From Chrysomallon squamiferum (lineage: Eukaryota; Animalia; Mollusca), in NCBI GenBank assembly GCA_012295275.1, contig CM022670.1, positions 39,494,001 through 39,558,000 on the forward strand: a stretch of DNA of 64,000 nucleotides, given 5' to 3'. The notes beneath the pieces were generated by a model. The model worked only from the letters and a program-made list of their open reading frames with translations, was not told where the DNA came from and made no database searches. Shown one piece after another: positions 38,881 to 53,396 of this stretch. The translations under genes were made by a program, and so were the position numbers. The first letter of the stretch is position 1. Each line of letters starts with the position of its first letter.

Positions 38881-40874
38881 GATATGTATGCATATATGTA
38901 AGTCTCTCTGTGTGTGTGTGTGTGTGTTTAATGTTAGCTCTAATTCGAATTTGTCTTCACAAAATATCTACATTAGTTTTTCATTTACTAATTCTTTCTT
39001 TGTTTTACTCTTGACACCTATTTTCTCTGACGTCGTAACTTATTTTTTAAATTTGTCATCGCGTTGTATAATACTAAATATAAGAGACAAGCAATAAATA
39101 AAACAAACTTTGAATGTAATTGGTCAAAATTGTTTTATTGTAACAAATAACTGTAATTCAACATAGTCCCAGATCGAACACTGGGCATTATTGCAATCAC
39201 TTTCACGCAAAAAGAAAAACATTTAAAAAATATCAGTTTTTTTTTTTTATTATTATTTTTTTTTTTTTCACAAATGCACACTAAAATGAAAATGATGACG
39301 TGGTATCAGCATTAAAAGAATGATCTAAAATGAGGTCACGTGGTAAAATGAACAATGTAAGAAATGTTCAAACCCTATGTATTCAGAAGTTGAAGGCAGT
39401 TGTATGTGCATCAGTTTTACATAAAGAATTAGTCTCTATATACATAACATTTATTGCCACGGATATGTTACGAGCAAAGATGTTTTTGAGTATGTTTGTT
39501 TTATGTATGTATACAGACAACAAAAGCAAAAACAAAATCAGCAACATCGCTTTCTGGATATTATGAAACTATTTTGGAATGTTTTATTGGATACTTATCA
39601 GTCCATTCTTGAGCTATTCTGGATCCAAGCAGTATCCAATACATTTGAAAGAAAGTTTTAGTAATACCACTAGAAAAATGTTAATCAATGATATTAACTA
39701 TTTTTTTAAAGTAACAATTATTCTTACTGAAAATTGGAATCTTTTATTTTTATCGAGCAGTCAAATTTTAAAAGCATTTTTGGTTTTAGGGGGAGAAGAA
39801 TATTAGATATATCAGTTTGAAATTAATATCAATTATTCAAATTCTCTTTTTTGGGAAGGTTTATTAAAAGTGTGTGTGTGTGTGTGTGTGTGTGTCCAAA
39901 GGTGTTTTGTCTGTACCTTATTAAAGGAAAATAATAATAAAAGATTTGTTACAATTACTGTCAAAATATACCAGTTCAAAAGTATGTAAATATTTTACAC
40001 ACACCCATATCACTATGCCTTTCTGAAACCAACATAATCTTACTGGAAGTTACAAGTTACTGCAAGATCATATTAAATATTTACGTAACTGTATTCAGTT
40101 TTTACTTCTTTGCATAGAATACCAATTTACTATTCTTCTCATTATTAATTTGTTTTGAAAAAAAATAAAATAAAAAATTCAGTCAAGAAGGTTAACAGTA
40201 AGAAAAAATAATTTAAACAACAAATCTGAAGATATCTTGATTGCACAAATCATTGGAAAATTTGTAATAAATCTTAATGAGAGTAAACGAAATAGCTAGA
40301 AATTATTTTTGGAAATTAACAAATAAATTGTGATTAACTGCAAAAAAAATAATAATAAAAGTTAGCAATTATTCTCATTGTGAAAATATTTTCACAATCA
40401 AATACATAAATAAAAATTATTGAAAATAAATTATATATAGATACAGATATAGACATATATATAAAGCTACTATTTCAAAAAAACAAAAATATCCAACAGA
40501 GTAGTGAAACAATTCATTTATCTGATAATTTAATTAAATCTTGTTACTACCATGATACACACTTGTATTGTTTTATCTGGCAACTGGTAAAACTGTAACT
40601 GATTCATTCTGGAGTCAATATTTGGGAAATAAGTCATAACCAGATCTTCTGATTATTTATCTTTTATTGAGATGAAATGTATTGAAAAGAATTTAAAATT
40701 AAATGGAAAACAAATAAATGTTTCTGATGGATTATTATTATTATTATTATTTATTATTTATTATTTTTATTATTTATTTGTTTTTTTTTTTTCTTGTTAA
40801 GATTCTGTCAATTTAATAGTATTTAGAATTAATTTAAAAACTAATTACTGCAAAAGATCTTTACTCATAGAAAC

Positions 40875-40968
40875 ATTTGTGTAATGGGGCTAAGGGTTAA
40901 ACATCCATTCATCTGCAATTTATTTTTTAAAGATGAAAAGAATAAATAAAACTATAATGATGAAATAT
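40875..40968 (+). repeat. Short dispersed repeat, copy 2
   Basis: Aligns by eye with 29592-29685 over about 90 bp. Confidence 0.8.
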
Positions 40969-41535
40969 TCAAATATTCTGAACTGAAGTTTTCTACTAGT
41001 CTCGTTTGTTACTTCTTAAAGAAGCTGAACCAAGTTATGTAAATATCTAACAAAGGTGCAACAATGAAAATACTAAATGAGCTATAATGCATAAAAACTG
41101 TGGTATCTTAACACAGATAGTTTACAACCAAGAAAATGTAACTGAAATCTAAATGGGCCAATCTGCATTAAAAATGTATACTCTAACATATGTAACAAAC
41201 AAAATATAACTAATAACTAAATAGGCCAATTTGTTTTCAAATGTTAAGCACTAACAATGTAGCCAAATCTGTTGGATAGATATGGAGTTCATAGTAATTT
41301 TAAATAATGATAAATTACTAAAAGTAGAAAAGTTTCCTAATTGTTCTATTATTACGAAACTATTTTGCTTTATTTTTTTTTCTTCTTAATTATTTCTGCT
41401 CAGATTTGAAAACAATCATTGAAAACAACAACACTTATAAAAACAATTAAACCAAAGAACTGAAACATACAATTAAACCAAAGATCTGAAACATACAAAT
41501 TACATTAAATAACACAGAAAAGTGTTGGAATTCTG

Positions 41536-41574
<39 letters not shown>

Positions 41575-43545
41575 CAGTGGAAAAATAGAAATGTATAATT
41601 GTTAGTGTCAGGAACAAATGGTCTTTTTGTATACTTTTGAAGATGCTGTTCTGTTGTCAGTGATTAATTCTTGCTAATAACCGAATGTGACAATAATTAC
41701 AATCATTTTGTGAAGCTGGTATATTTTAAGTTTGAACAGATCACAGCAGAGTTTCTGTAACCACAAATTGAGTTTCATCTACATTTTTACAATGTTAATT
41801 GATGTCATGATTGAAGAGAGAGAAAAATTATGTCAGTCTCTGCATATGTTTATGAGTGTTATTATATCTTCAAACTTTGTAATTAGCAAACGTTAGTCGT
41901 CGTAACAAATCATATATTCAGTGTATACAAAATATCTTTTGACCAATGTTCCCACCACTAATGCATACTTTAACTGTGCATTCATCATTGGAACAAGCTG
42001 GTTCTTTCAAAGAATAATGATGTGTTAGATTACAAACATTACTAGACTTTGCTGAAAACAGGAATGTAGAGTGGGAAGATGCATACACTGTAAAGCAAGC
42101 CACATTATAACATGTAGCTGTTTGTTTCAGTAATTCAGTTAACACACAAAATAAAAAATCACCAATATGATTTAACCTCATTTAAAAAGAGTAACAAATT
42201 CGCAACAATTTTGTAACTGAAACCTGAGTTAAAAAAATAATATAAAAAATAAAAATAAATAATAATAATAACAACAGAATACCTCCTGTAAAAAAAAAGA
42301 AAAAAAAAAACAACTCAAAATCTAACATATCACTTAACAAGTCTTATGTTTTCAATGTTTCATGAATGCATTAGAAAGCCAAATTGGAATTTCTGTTCTC
42401 TTCCTTACTAGTGAGGTGTCCACCATAGAATTCCCTTTATGTAAATATATTAAAGAGAACAGTTACAATATTTTCTATTTTAAATCACATAGAAAAAAAA
42501 AAAAAAAAAAAATTCTGTTGTTTTTGTGTAATCTTTTGGCTCTAAGCAAAGAATAATTTTCAAAAAATAAATAAATAAATAAATAAATAAATAAATTAAT
42601 AAAAGGAGGGGAGGTTGAAAAAAACAAGAAATGTGTTACATTTTTCAATTACTTACATAGTAAAGTGTTAAAAAAAAAAAAAAAAAAAAAACCCATTAAA
42701 AAAGTGAATTGGAATAATCAGATCAAACCTGAAATGCAAGGCACAGACAAAGACAATAATCTGGACAGATATGAAAGATGAATCTTTCCATACATATCTT
42801 CAGTTGACAAATGTAAAGTATTACAAAATCAGTGACTTTCAAAGACAAAAACACTTAACTATTCTACAAATGAAATGAAAACACAGTTAACATAAATTAA
42901 TGAACATTATTAAAAGATAGTCTGAATGCAAAAAACAAACATCTTAAAGCACATTGTTCAGTAGTACAATGTAGGGCAAGTTATCTCACCTCTACTAATT
43001 GGAAGGCTAACAACATAGCACTTTCTTTTTCATAATCTTCTCAATAGTTTTTTTTTGTTGTTGTTGGTTTTTTTTAAATTTTAATTATTATTCAAAATCA
43101 TCTTCATTTCCAAATGAATTTTACTTTCTTCGATGATTCAAAAAATTATAATTTGATTTTGTTAATGAAAAGTTTTATTACTTCAATTTAAGAAAAATGA
43201 TTCAAACTTTTTTATGCTAACAACAATAACTTTAAATAATAAAAGAACAAAAATAACAGTCAAAAATCTATATAACAACAAAATGCTTCAAAAATCTAAA
43301 AAAAAAAAAAAAAAAAAGCAGAACATCTTTTAATTTTTCCTAATCAAGCTAGAAACATTTATAGAAATTAACAATAAATTACAAAAATGTTAACAGGAAC
43401 TGTGAATGATGGGTTTTAAACCAACAGAATAAAGATGAAATTGTCTGCCTGTTACATTTAAAACAAAGCAGAAAACAAGAAATGTAGAATATACTCTGCT
43501 CCTGAGATATATGAGTGTACCAGCAGTCTTTGGTTCCAAGCCTTT

Positions 43546-44090
43546 TCACAACACAATGGCCATAAAGTGATTTGGAGCAATCAATACTGATAATGATTGC
43601 CCTGGAAGAGAGAGAGAGAAAAAAAGGTTATGAATGTACTGCATTGTATTAAAAAAACATATAAATACTAATAACAGATATATAACAAGAATTATTTTTG
43701 ACGTGTTGCATATATTTCAAAAAAATAAATAAATAAATAAAGACATTTACAAAGAATGATTTTGAAAATACTGCACAGATTTAAGCATAAAAAATAATAA
43801 ATACATCAAAAACAATTATTTTAGACATACTGCAAAGAAAGTAATAAAATTATTTTGGACACAAAAACTAACATACAACTTGTTGCAAATATAATTAAAA
43901 TGTATCTCCTACACATCACAAGGCAGCAGCTAACAAAAAAACCACCCAAAAAACCCACATTTTTGAGATATAACTTATCATACATAATTTTTATTTTTAT
44001 TATTTCTCAGTCTTTACCCAAGAAGTGGTAATATCTACAGATACCAACACAATATAACCACCTATAAATAGTTTTGAAATTAATAAATAT

Positions 44091-44129
<39 letters not shown>

Positions 44130-45264
44130 TATAAATATTCAGTGACTCAGAGAAATAAAATTAAGTGTACCTTTAAAAACGGCTTCATTTGACAAGGCAT
44201 GCACACTTCGGAAAAAGGATTCAGGACAGACCATTAGCCTTCTTAGCCTACTGCATTCCTCACTGCCTGGGGTCCAGTCACATCTGCAGAGAAAAAGGAT
44301 TTTGTTACTTAAAACACAGTCAGTTCAAAAAACACCCGTCTCACAGCCACTTTTACAACATCTGCTAATAAAGTTAACAGTTAGGAAGCAGAAACTTCAA
44401 GTTAGCTGATCTGTTACAAAATTAATTTTATGCAGTAATAAAAGCAAATGATTTATAGCTTTTTGAAAAAAATTAAATTAAATTAAATTAAAAAAGAAAG
44501 AAGCTGAAATGTATCATATCATATTATATAAAGTTTTAACTCAGTTAACAGTAATTTATTAGCTGATACCAAATATAGGAATATTTTATGAAATAAAAAA
44601 AAATATAAATAATAATAATAATAATAATACAACATTTTTTTAAACACACTGCATACATGACAAATGCTAATTACATAAAAAATGAATTAGTACTGAAATT
44701 AATCTGTTATTTAAAATATCTTTAATAACAGAAAACAAATATTTCATTCAATATCAAACTGACATATTCGTGGGAATATTTTAAAGCTGAAATGTTGTTG
44801 TGTTCATTATATAATCTTTACATAATTGAATTATTTATTTTCAAACTCTGACAAATTGTTCTAAAATTTAACTCGTTTCTTTTCTTACATTAATTTTTTT
44901 CTACATAAATTACTTACCCTCTGAGTATTTGTTCATTTACTTCCACCAACTCATCAATATGCAATGTGGAATAACTGCCTATAAAACAAAAATATACTAT
45001 TAATATAACTTCCTTCATAATCAAAAGATTTAAAAATATATTATACATTGATAAATGAACATTAAACAAAATGGCTTATAATATTTTAATAATTACTGTA
45101 AGTTTTATTTACATCTAGTGAGCAGTCTTCATCAAGACTAAAATAAACGTGACATTACAATTATTTGACTCAGAATTATGTGAATGCCATCCATTCTGAC
45201 CCTTTTTAATACTATTGTAAAAGTCTTTAATAGATCACAGAGAGATTAGAAGTGTATATTGATG

Positions 45265-45295
<31 letters not shown>

Positions 45296-47962
45296 TATTT
45301 GTGAAAATAACATTACACAAAAATATGTTCAAAAATTATTTCAGGAACAATAAAGAATGTTAATGACTGTTTTTTCCAAAGATTCTTGTTCTTAAATCAC
45401 AGAAGATTCAGAATAAAGTTATATAACAACCTGTAATTAAATCCCATTCAAATGCAAAGGTTGTTTGATATGACTTCACAACACCTTTGCTGTAAAAAAA
45501 AAAAAAAAAAAAAAAGAATACAATAAAGATTCAGCAAAATCGTAAACTAAGTAATTGTGACATAACATAAGAGTGACTTATACATTAAAAAATTGTAAAC
45601 AATTTAATATTTTCACCTCTGTGAAATAACAATGACTGTCAATATATAATGGCTGGTAAAAAAAATAAAGACATTGTGTGCCAAGGAAAGCTTCCAGGTT
45701 TTTCACCCTTTGGTTAGATTTGTAAAGCTGAAGCAGATATTATTCTTTAACATGATGATCTATTCAACATCTAGCATAATAGATACTACTAGCCATGATA
45801 CTGAAGGTTAAATTCTTCATCATACACCAAATAACAAATTTTGAATGTCTGTTTAGTTATACCAGTTCATTTCTTTTTCTTGATGGTTCACAACCTAATA
45901 TGCCTAAATAGACTTAATATTATTAGTCTGCTACAAACAAATATCTACAGAACTGATACTTCTTAAATATATTTCGTTACTGTGTGTTAATGTTTTGGCA
46001 TATATATCCTTGTCTTTGTATTAAACAGTTAGAGGAATGTACTGGCCTTGTTACTAATCACAAATCATGAAAAATGTCCTCTAATTTGTTTTATGGTTTT
46101 CCTAATCATTTGTACTGTCAGTGTTACAAATAGATCAAAAAGTATATTTTCAAGAATGTGTTTAGTTCTAGTAATGTTAAGTTTATATTTATAAACATAC
46201 AGAACATATTGATTGTAAGGTACTGAATTCAGTGCCCCCAGTGATGACATTATCAGAAATGTTTCTTTGTCAATCAATTTTTTAAAAAAAAGAAAAAAGA
46301 AAAAGGAAGAAAGTGTATTTTCTGAACCTATTTTCATATCCATACAATAACACATACATGTGTTATATATCTCACAAAATAACTTGCTTTTATCTTGGTT
46401 TTTCTAGTGGGTTTTTTTTTGCCAGTAGTTACAAATAGTTCAATACTTTGACATAAAGTGATATACCCATAACAAATTATATTTTATCAAGTTGTTTTCT
46501 ATTTATGTAACATATGTAATGTGTATGTGCATACACACACATACACAAGCAGAAACATGTACACTTGCATGCCTCAATATATGAATATATATAAATAAAT
46601 ATATATATATATAGATGTAGATATTATAATACATATTCTTACCTTTGTTTCACACTTTTCTCCGGGCCTGGATCAGTGCATGAACAGTTCCATACATCTT
46701 ATAACTATCAGAACACACCTGTCAATAACAATTTTATTTTTTGAGCTCACATACTATTAAAAACTTTTAGATTATCAGTATAAGTCAGCACACAAGTTGA
46801 AAGAAAAATATGCAAGATGAAAATTCAGTTAATAGTAATAGAATTTTTTTTTTTACAAATTACCGAGATCAAACAAGGCCACAAATCTTGGTTTACTAAG
46901 ACAAATACTGGGACCAGATGGAAAACCGAATGTTCAAAGTTTAGAGTAGATCTCAGACTTACTTCTATGATCTGGACATCATAATTACAGAAGGCCACGA
47001 ATCGTTGTCCCCATTCAGCTTCCTGGTGGATCACCTCCACCATGTAGTGTTCGATGTCAAATGTCATTTGTAAAACTGTTGCCTATGATAAAAAAATAAA
47101 ATTAAAAAATTAAAATTAAAAATCTCTCTTAAAACAAATGTTAAAAATAAAATAAAAATAAAAATAAAATAAAATAATAACAAAAAAAACCAACATAAAT
47201 AAACACACATTTATAGCATTTGGAGTAAACAAACAATTTTTTATGAATCTTCTCAAATGTATTTGATTTATATACACGTACATATTTAGAGGCTACATTC
47301 TGGCCCTTTACTACCAAGGTAAATATTATTGTCTAATTATACCTAGGCATCATACTTAACTGATGAAAATGTAATATTGTACATTCTACTCTGGTGTGTT
47401 ATTACTGCTAAAGTGGTACTGAAGAAGAAATTGTGAAACTGACAGACACACATGACAACAACTTACAGTTGGACTGCTGTTGCATCGTTCAGACAACATA
47501 ATGGACAGCGGCCGACTGGACCAGAAAACCTCAACAGGCAAAACACTGCGATAAGCTAGATCATAATCATCTGAAAAACACATTTGTCTTCTTTAAAATG
47601 AGTTAATAATACAGTCTAAAGACTCTGATCTAATAATTAATATGCAGGATAAAGTAGAAATATTTTCTTCCAAAATAAAATTAACATTCAATAATTAAAA
47701 TTAATACTATAAACATGCAGAAGACAGCATTATTGGTATAATTAAAATGAAAAACACAAATACCTACATGATTAATAAAAATATGTAATAAAACTTGATT
47801 CTTTGTTTTCTAATAAACACATTGTTGAAATACTGGTAATCAATTATGCTAAATAAGAATTCCAGTAAAATATTTACTTCAATTAAATGTGAACAAATAA
47901 ATTTAGCATCCAATCAGGTTGTCTGTATTTCATATCTTGTATGTAATTGCTACACTTATTTG

Positions 47963-48012
<50 letters not shown>

Positions 48013-48021
48013 ATGTGTGTA

Positions 48022-48065
<44 letters not shown>

Positions 48066-51000
48066 AAAAGAGTACAGTTTAAAAATCTCTGGGCTTTAAT
48101 CAAATGATCTAACCTGCTCCAAACAAAAAAAAAAAAAAAAACAACCATATAAAATAAAACGCATAGCAATAAAGTAATATATATTTTTTTAAAGGCATTT
48201 TTAATAATCTACTAACCTTCTACCACAACAGGTGGCTCCAGCATCTCCTCAGTGGAGTAACCATACCTGCGAAGTGAGAATGTCACTGTCCTTGAATGAT
48301 TGGTATGCACCATGACACTTTCGGAACTCTTGGAACCAGTACTGCTTGCATAGCTGTTGCTTGGAGAGAAAAACGATCGTTGGGAAGACAGCCTGCTTGA
48401 AGAGCAGTTTGTTACAAAGTCATCGTTAGCAAAGTCAGAAGGCTGGTTGGCACTGGTGCAGCCCGACAAGTCTGGATTGTGCAGCTTTATGTCGGGGAAA
48501 TTGGAAAAGGAGTAGGGGTACTGGTTGCCGTGGCTGCTGTTGCATCCCGGAGAGAGGCTGCCGCCGTGGATGAAAGGCTTGCTGCAGCTGTTGACGCCTT
48601 TCCCACAGTCGGAGTTGGTGTTGCAGTCCGTGGAACAGTTCTTCACTTTGAGCGCCGGACGATGGGCCAGGCCAGATCTGCAATGACAAGAATTATCACA
48701 ATTTTTGGCACTTTTATCACATTCCTGACATTCGGGCTCGCAGTGATCCAGGTCTGGAGAACAGACGTTTTCTTCATCATCGTCATCGTCATCCTCAATG
48801 GTAACTTCTTGCATATTTTCAAGGAATTCTTTCACTTTGCCGTCTCCGTTTTCGTGACACACAGGACTGCTGGTCTCTTCGATGTTGCAGTAAGACGCTT
48901 TGATTGGGACGAGGAAGAGTTCAGCACCAATGTAAAACGTGCTGTCCTCGAGACTAGATGACCCTTCGTCCTCACCAGAGTCAGGATCACTGGGCTGTCT
49001 GTTTTGATTGAAATAACTGTGTTTTTGCTTTGCATCGACCTGAATAGCTACAATGGAGTCGCCAGTGTTCAAGACGGCAACTCCGTTTATTTTAAGCTGC
49101 ACTCGCGGAGTGAAGGAGGGAAACGGTGGAGCAAGTTCGTATCTGGTGTGCACACTGAAACTGTGTTGTAGACATCGGTTAACATTCCCAGATGTTTCTG
49201 AAAATAGCGGGTATAAACTTATATAATACACAATAATGATTAAATATCTGCGATCTTTTTAAAAAAATAAAAAAATACACTATGGTGTAATAAATATTAG
49301 ATTTATGATGCAAATTGACATCGATATTTTTAAAATGAACTATACATAATAATAGTAATATAATTTGGTGAATTTAAATAAATGTTTATGAATTCTAATA
49401 AAACAAATATACCAACTCCTAGGCCTTTAAAACACCCAAAATGCTATAATTTCACTACATTTAGTTTTCATTTCTGCTGGCATAAGGACTGAATACCTGA
49501 ATGCAGCAGTATCTATTTATTTCTTAATCTGTGAAGCTCTGATTATGGCTGAAATAAAAATGCAGATTCAGCAGGAATTGTTTTTTTTAAATCCAGCATC
49601 ATACTGAGTATGGTATTTATTTAAATGAAGATATTTTGTTACTTACCTTTTCTCAAACGCTGACAGTCACTGCATATAGAAAGACTTGGAACTGCCATCA
49701 CTGACAAATAACAGTTACAGCTGTCCTCTGCCCGAGCAGGAGAACTGAAAATATATTTTCAACTGATTTACCATATTCAGACTTGTTTTAAAAGTATCAT
49801 GGTGTCACAGTCAATTAAATGCAATATGGTTCATTAAAGATAAATATGAATAGTTATTGAATATAAGCAGGCACAAACACATACACCCACACACCCACAA
49901 AGTTAAATAAATACATGTATGCAGCATATAGACATGAACCCCTCCACACACACACACACACAATGCACATCGCATACTCAAAAATACAAACACATATCCA
50001 TTTGGACTTTTATTTATAATCTCTCCTCTCTCTCTCTGTATATTAAGACAGTTAATATACTTTTGTAAAATATTATTAATTAAAAATGCACTGAAGCAAA
50101 ATACTGACCAGTGGCCATACACCAACACTTTCGTGTCATCTTCTGGCCACTCACAAAAAGCTATAAAAAGATCTTGAACAATATCTCCATCAGCAAAGAG
50201 ACGCACTTCAGAAACCTAGAGTGAAATATTTTCCTTATATTTTATAAGTCAAAAAACACTATTTCCCAGTAATAAACATATATAAACTAAACTCAGAATT
50301 AATGTAGAAATAGCAATGTTATTAAAATGCAAATAAAACAATAAAATTCTTAATTCAAAGAAAGGTAGCAATTATCTAGAATTTACAATTTAATAATGAA
50401 ATAAGGGGTTTTAAAATATCTTAATTTTCATTTTATTTAGTTCCAAAAATGTTAAGATTAGTAGATCATTAATCGAAGATAATTAGAAGTCATTACTGGT
50501 ACCATATTCTTATTTAAACTTCAGTGTTATTACTAGCAATTTGTATGACATCTTCTAAACTGTTTCTAGTGTATGTGATGTAATAAAGAGTGTGACAGAG
50601 AGAGATGGAGGGGGACTGGGAAAGAAAGATTGTGAGGCACCTGAAAAAGAAACTTCAAAAGAGAAACTATGATTCACTTAATCAAATGAAACAAAATATA
50701 TACAAACCAATTCTAATGGCTTTGTTGGTACAAATTTCCACCACTGTAATTTATATATGTACACAGGATATCCTATGTGGTCATCTGCATCAAAATGCAA
50801 TGAATATGACACAACAAACTGTCCTGATTTGTTAAAGCCAAGAAAAACATGTCTGAAAATAATAATATAAACACCAGAGTAAAATAGCTGGCAGAAACTG
50901 CTTAACTACACAACATCTTCAAATTCTGGAACAGTCAGAATTAAGTAAGTAAATTAATAATAAATAAAATAAATACATAATTTAGGAAATGAAACCACGT

Positions 51001-51276
51001 CATCACAAATGTTAATATTTTATTTTTATATGCTAATGAATTGATAAATGATAGTGATTTAAAAAAAATAATTTAAAAAAATTGGCATTATAATAGCCCA
51101 GTTAAATATGTCAAATAATAGTGCTTTATTCTAAAAATCCATGGTTTAATATGTATGTCATTAAAATTTAAATTAAAAAAAAATATATAAATTAAAAAAA
51201 ATAAAATCCAGCTGTGGATTAAATATAGTCCATAATTCATGTGTGACAAATAATAATAATAATAATAATAATAAAA

Positions 51277-51337
<61 letters not shown>

Positions 51338-51603
51338 CATTCAGTTAACCATCCCTCACAGATTTTTAAGGTATATAGAAAAAATATAATAAAAATTATT
51401 TATTTACTTTCAGGTTTATGGTTGTAAAAATGTAAAATTAAATTAAAAAGTTACTAAAATCATTATATAGTTTAATTTGATATTTAACACAAATTAATTT
51501 TTTTTTTTTGATATTTCCTTTTGATATTTATTTCATTTAGTATTAACATACATGAAATTAAGGAATAACTGAAACAAAAAACAAAATATTAATAAACCAA
51601 ATA

Positions 51604-51659
<56 letters not shown>

Positions 51660-52778
51660 TAAATAAATAAATAAAAAATTAAAGAAAGAAACTTAGAATG
51701 AAAGAAAAGAAAGAACATGTAAAATGTTTCTTTGGCAATTTTACTATTTCTTGTAACATCCATCCAACTCTAAACAATTAAAATATCAAAATAAATTCAA
51801 TATAAAAACAAAGAGGTGTTTGCAGTAGTTGCATAAAATAACAACACATACCCTTCTTCTAAAATAAATGGTGGAACAAGTGAACTAATCCGATAACAAA
51901 GTCTGCCTGGAATCTTATAAAAAGGTTTCTGTGGTAGAGATTTTCTTGAAGATCTTATGGCTCCACATTGCTGGATAACAAACACACAACTCAGTAAAGA
52001 AATCAGTTAAATTTCAAAATAATAGCCATACATGATACAATAAATACACTGATTGGTTACAATAATGAATAAATTATCAAGATGTTAAAAATTCTGTTGC
52101 ACCTACTACTATTTTAAATAAATGTACACATTTAATAACTCTAGTTTAAAAGTTATAATCATAAAAATGGTTCTAAAAGAGTAAAAATATTTAATGTTTG
52201 TGAATCAAATACTTTAAATATTAAAAACAAAATTGATAACAACCAACAACAACAATAAATTAACTTTCAGTAGAAAATGTTATGTATTTTTAAAAATGAT
52301 AGGAATGGAGATATAATTACAATTTATATCACATGACTTGCTTGAAAAAAACAAAACAAATCTTCTATTAATTTTTAAATAATAAATAAATATTAAAATT
52401 AAAATTAAAATTAAAAATAAATAATAAAAGCAACAATATCACCAAAAAATATATATATCTGATCCACTATAATAACGATAAGAACTGAATAAATAATGAT
52501 TTAGTATAATAATACTCAAGGTGGAAATAAAGAAACATTTATCATTATGAAATATCACTAGCGTGACTATGAATAGTATGATTCTGTATGAAAAGAACAC
52601 AAGTTGAAGTGCTACAGGATTCATGAAAAAGACAAAGACAAATCTATGCAGTTGTATGCATGTATTATGTATATTAAATGCTGTCAACATTGTTCTCGTC
52701 ATTCATATATGTATGAAGTTTTCAGATTCAAGAGGTTACCTCCCTAAATGCCAGTTTCTGCACAAGACTGACCGCCAT
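43546..52778 (-). CDS. DCAF15: DDB1- and CUL4-associated factor 15 (CRL4 substrate receptor)
   Basis: Exons 52778-52740, 51970-51852, 50852-50708 (GHVFLGFNKSGQFVVSY...YIYKLQWWKF), 50215-50109 (VRLFADGDIVQDLFIAFCEWPED), 49744-49647 (AVPSLSICSDC), 49197-48217 (CLQHSFSVHTRYELAPPFPSFTP..QLK...LNTG plus long linker), 47570-47467, 47082-46963 (TFDIEHY...NYDVQIIE), 46718-46643, 45489-45431 (FEWDLITG), 44978-44918, 44283-44171 (SNEAVFKG), 43601-43546 (QSLSVL...AIVL*). Motifs match DCAF15 in order. One frame anomaly lies in 46718-46643. Confidence 0.92.
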
Positions 52779-53060
52779 TTGTTTGGAACCATTGCCCGAA
52801 AGCACGTTAAATGAGTTATCTCCCGTTACTTTTCGATAAGCGGTTTATTTTCCTCTATCTTTTAAAGGGTTATATAATACTTGTGTGTTTGCTGTGTGCT
52901 TGCGTATTTACGTGTAAAACTACTTACACTGCGATTTTTAACATAAAAGTCAGGAAACAAGAATAATTAGCAGTTGGCAGTATACATTGCAAAAAGCGTA
53001 ATGCGCATACTTACATTACTTTGTGCGTAATATTTTGCACATTGCCCAAAGATAATTTAA
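52779..53060 (-). promoter_or_regulatory. Likely DCAF15 5'UTR/promoter, between the REXO1 3' end and the DCAF15 ATG
   Basis: Local CpG enrichment immediately upstream of caaacaaATGGCG, within otherwise CpG-poor DNA. Confidence 0.45.
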
Positions 53061-53169
53061 GTAAATCTTTAGATATTTAAGTTTCCAAAGACTGAAAAAG
53101 GTGTATGAGAGTCGAACTTTTTAAAATTTATTTGTTTATTAATCATTATTTATTTATTTTATTTTATTA

Positions 53170-53217
<48 letters not shown>

Positions 53218-53358
53218 CATTATTGCTTTTTTGCAGTGTTTTTCAACATGTCATTTCTGTCTTGTTTTGGTAATGTATTATATATATATATATATATATA
53301 TGTTTTATTTCATTATGTTATTTTTCAACTTAAAAGAAAATAGCATTGACAAAGCCTT

Positions 53359-53396
<38 letters not shown>

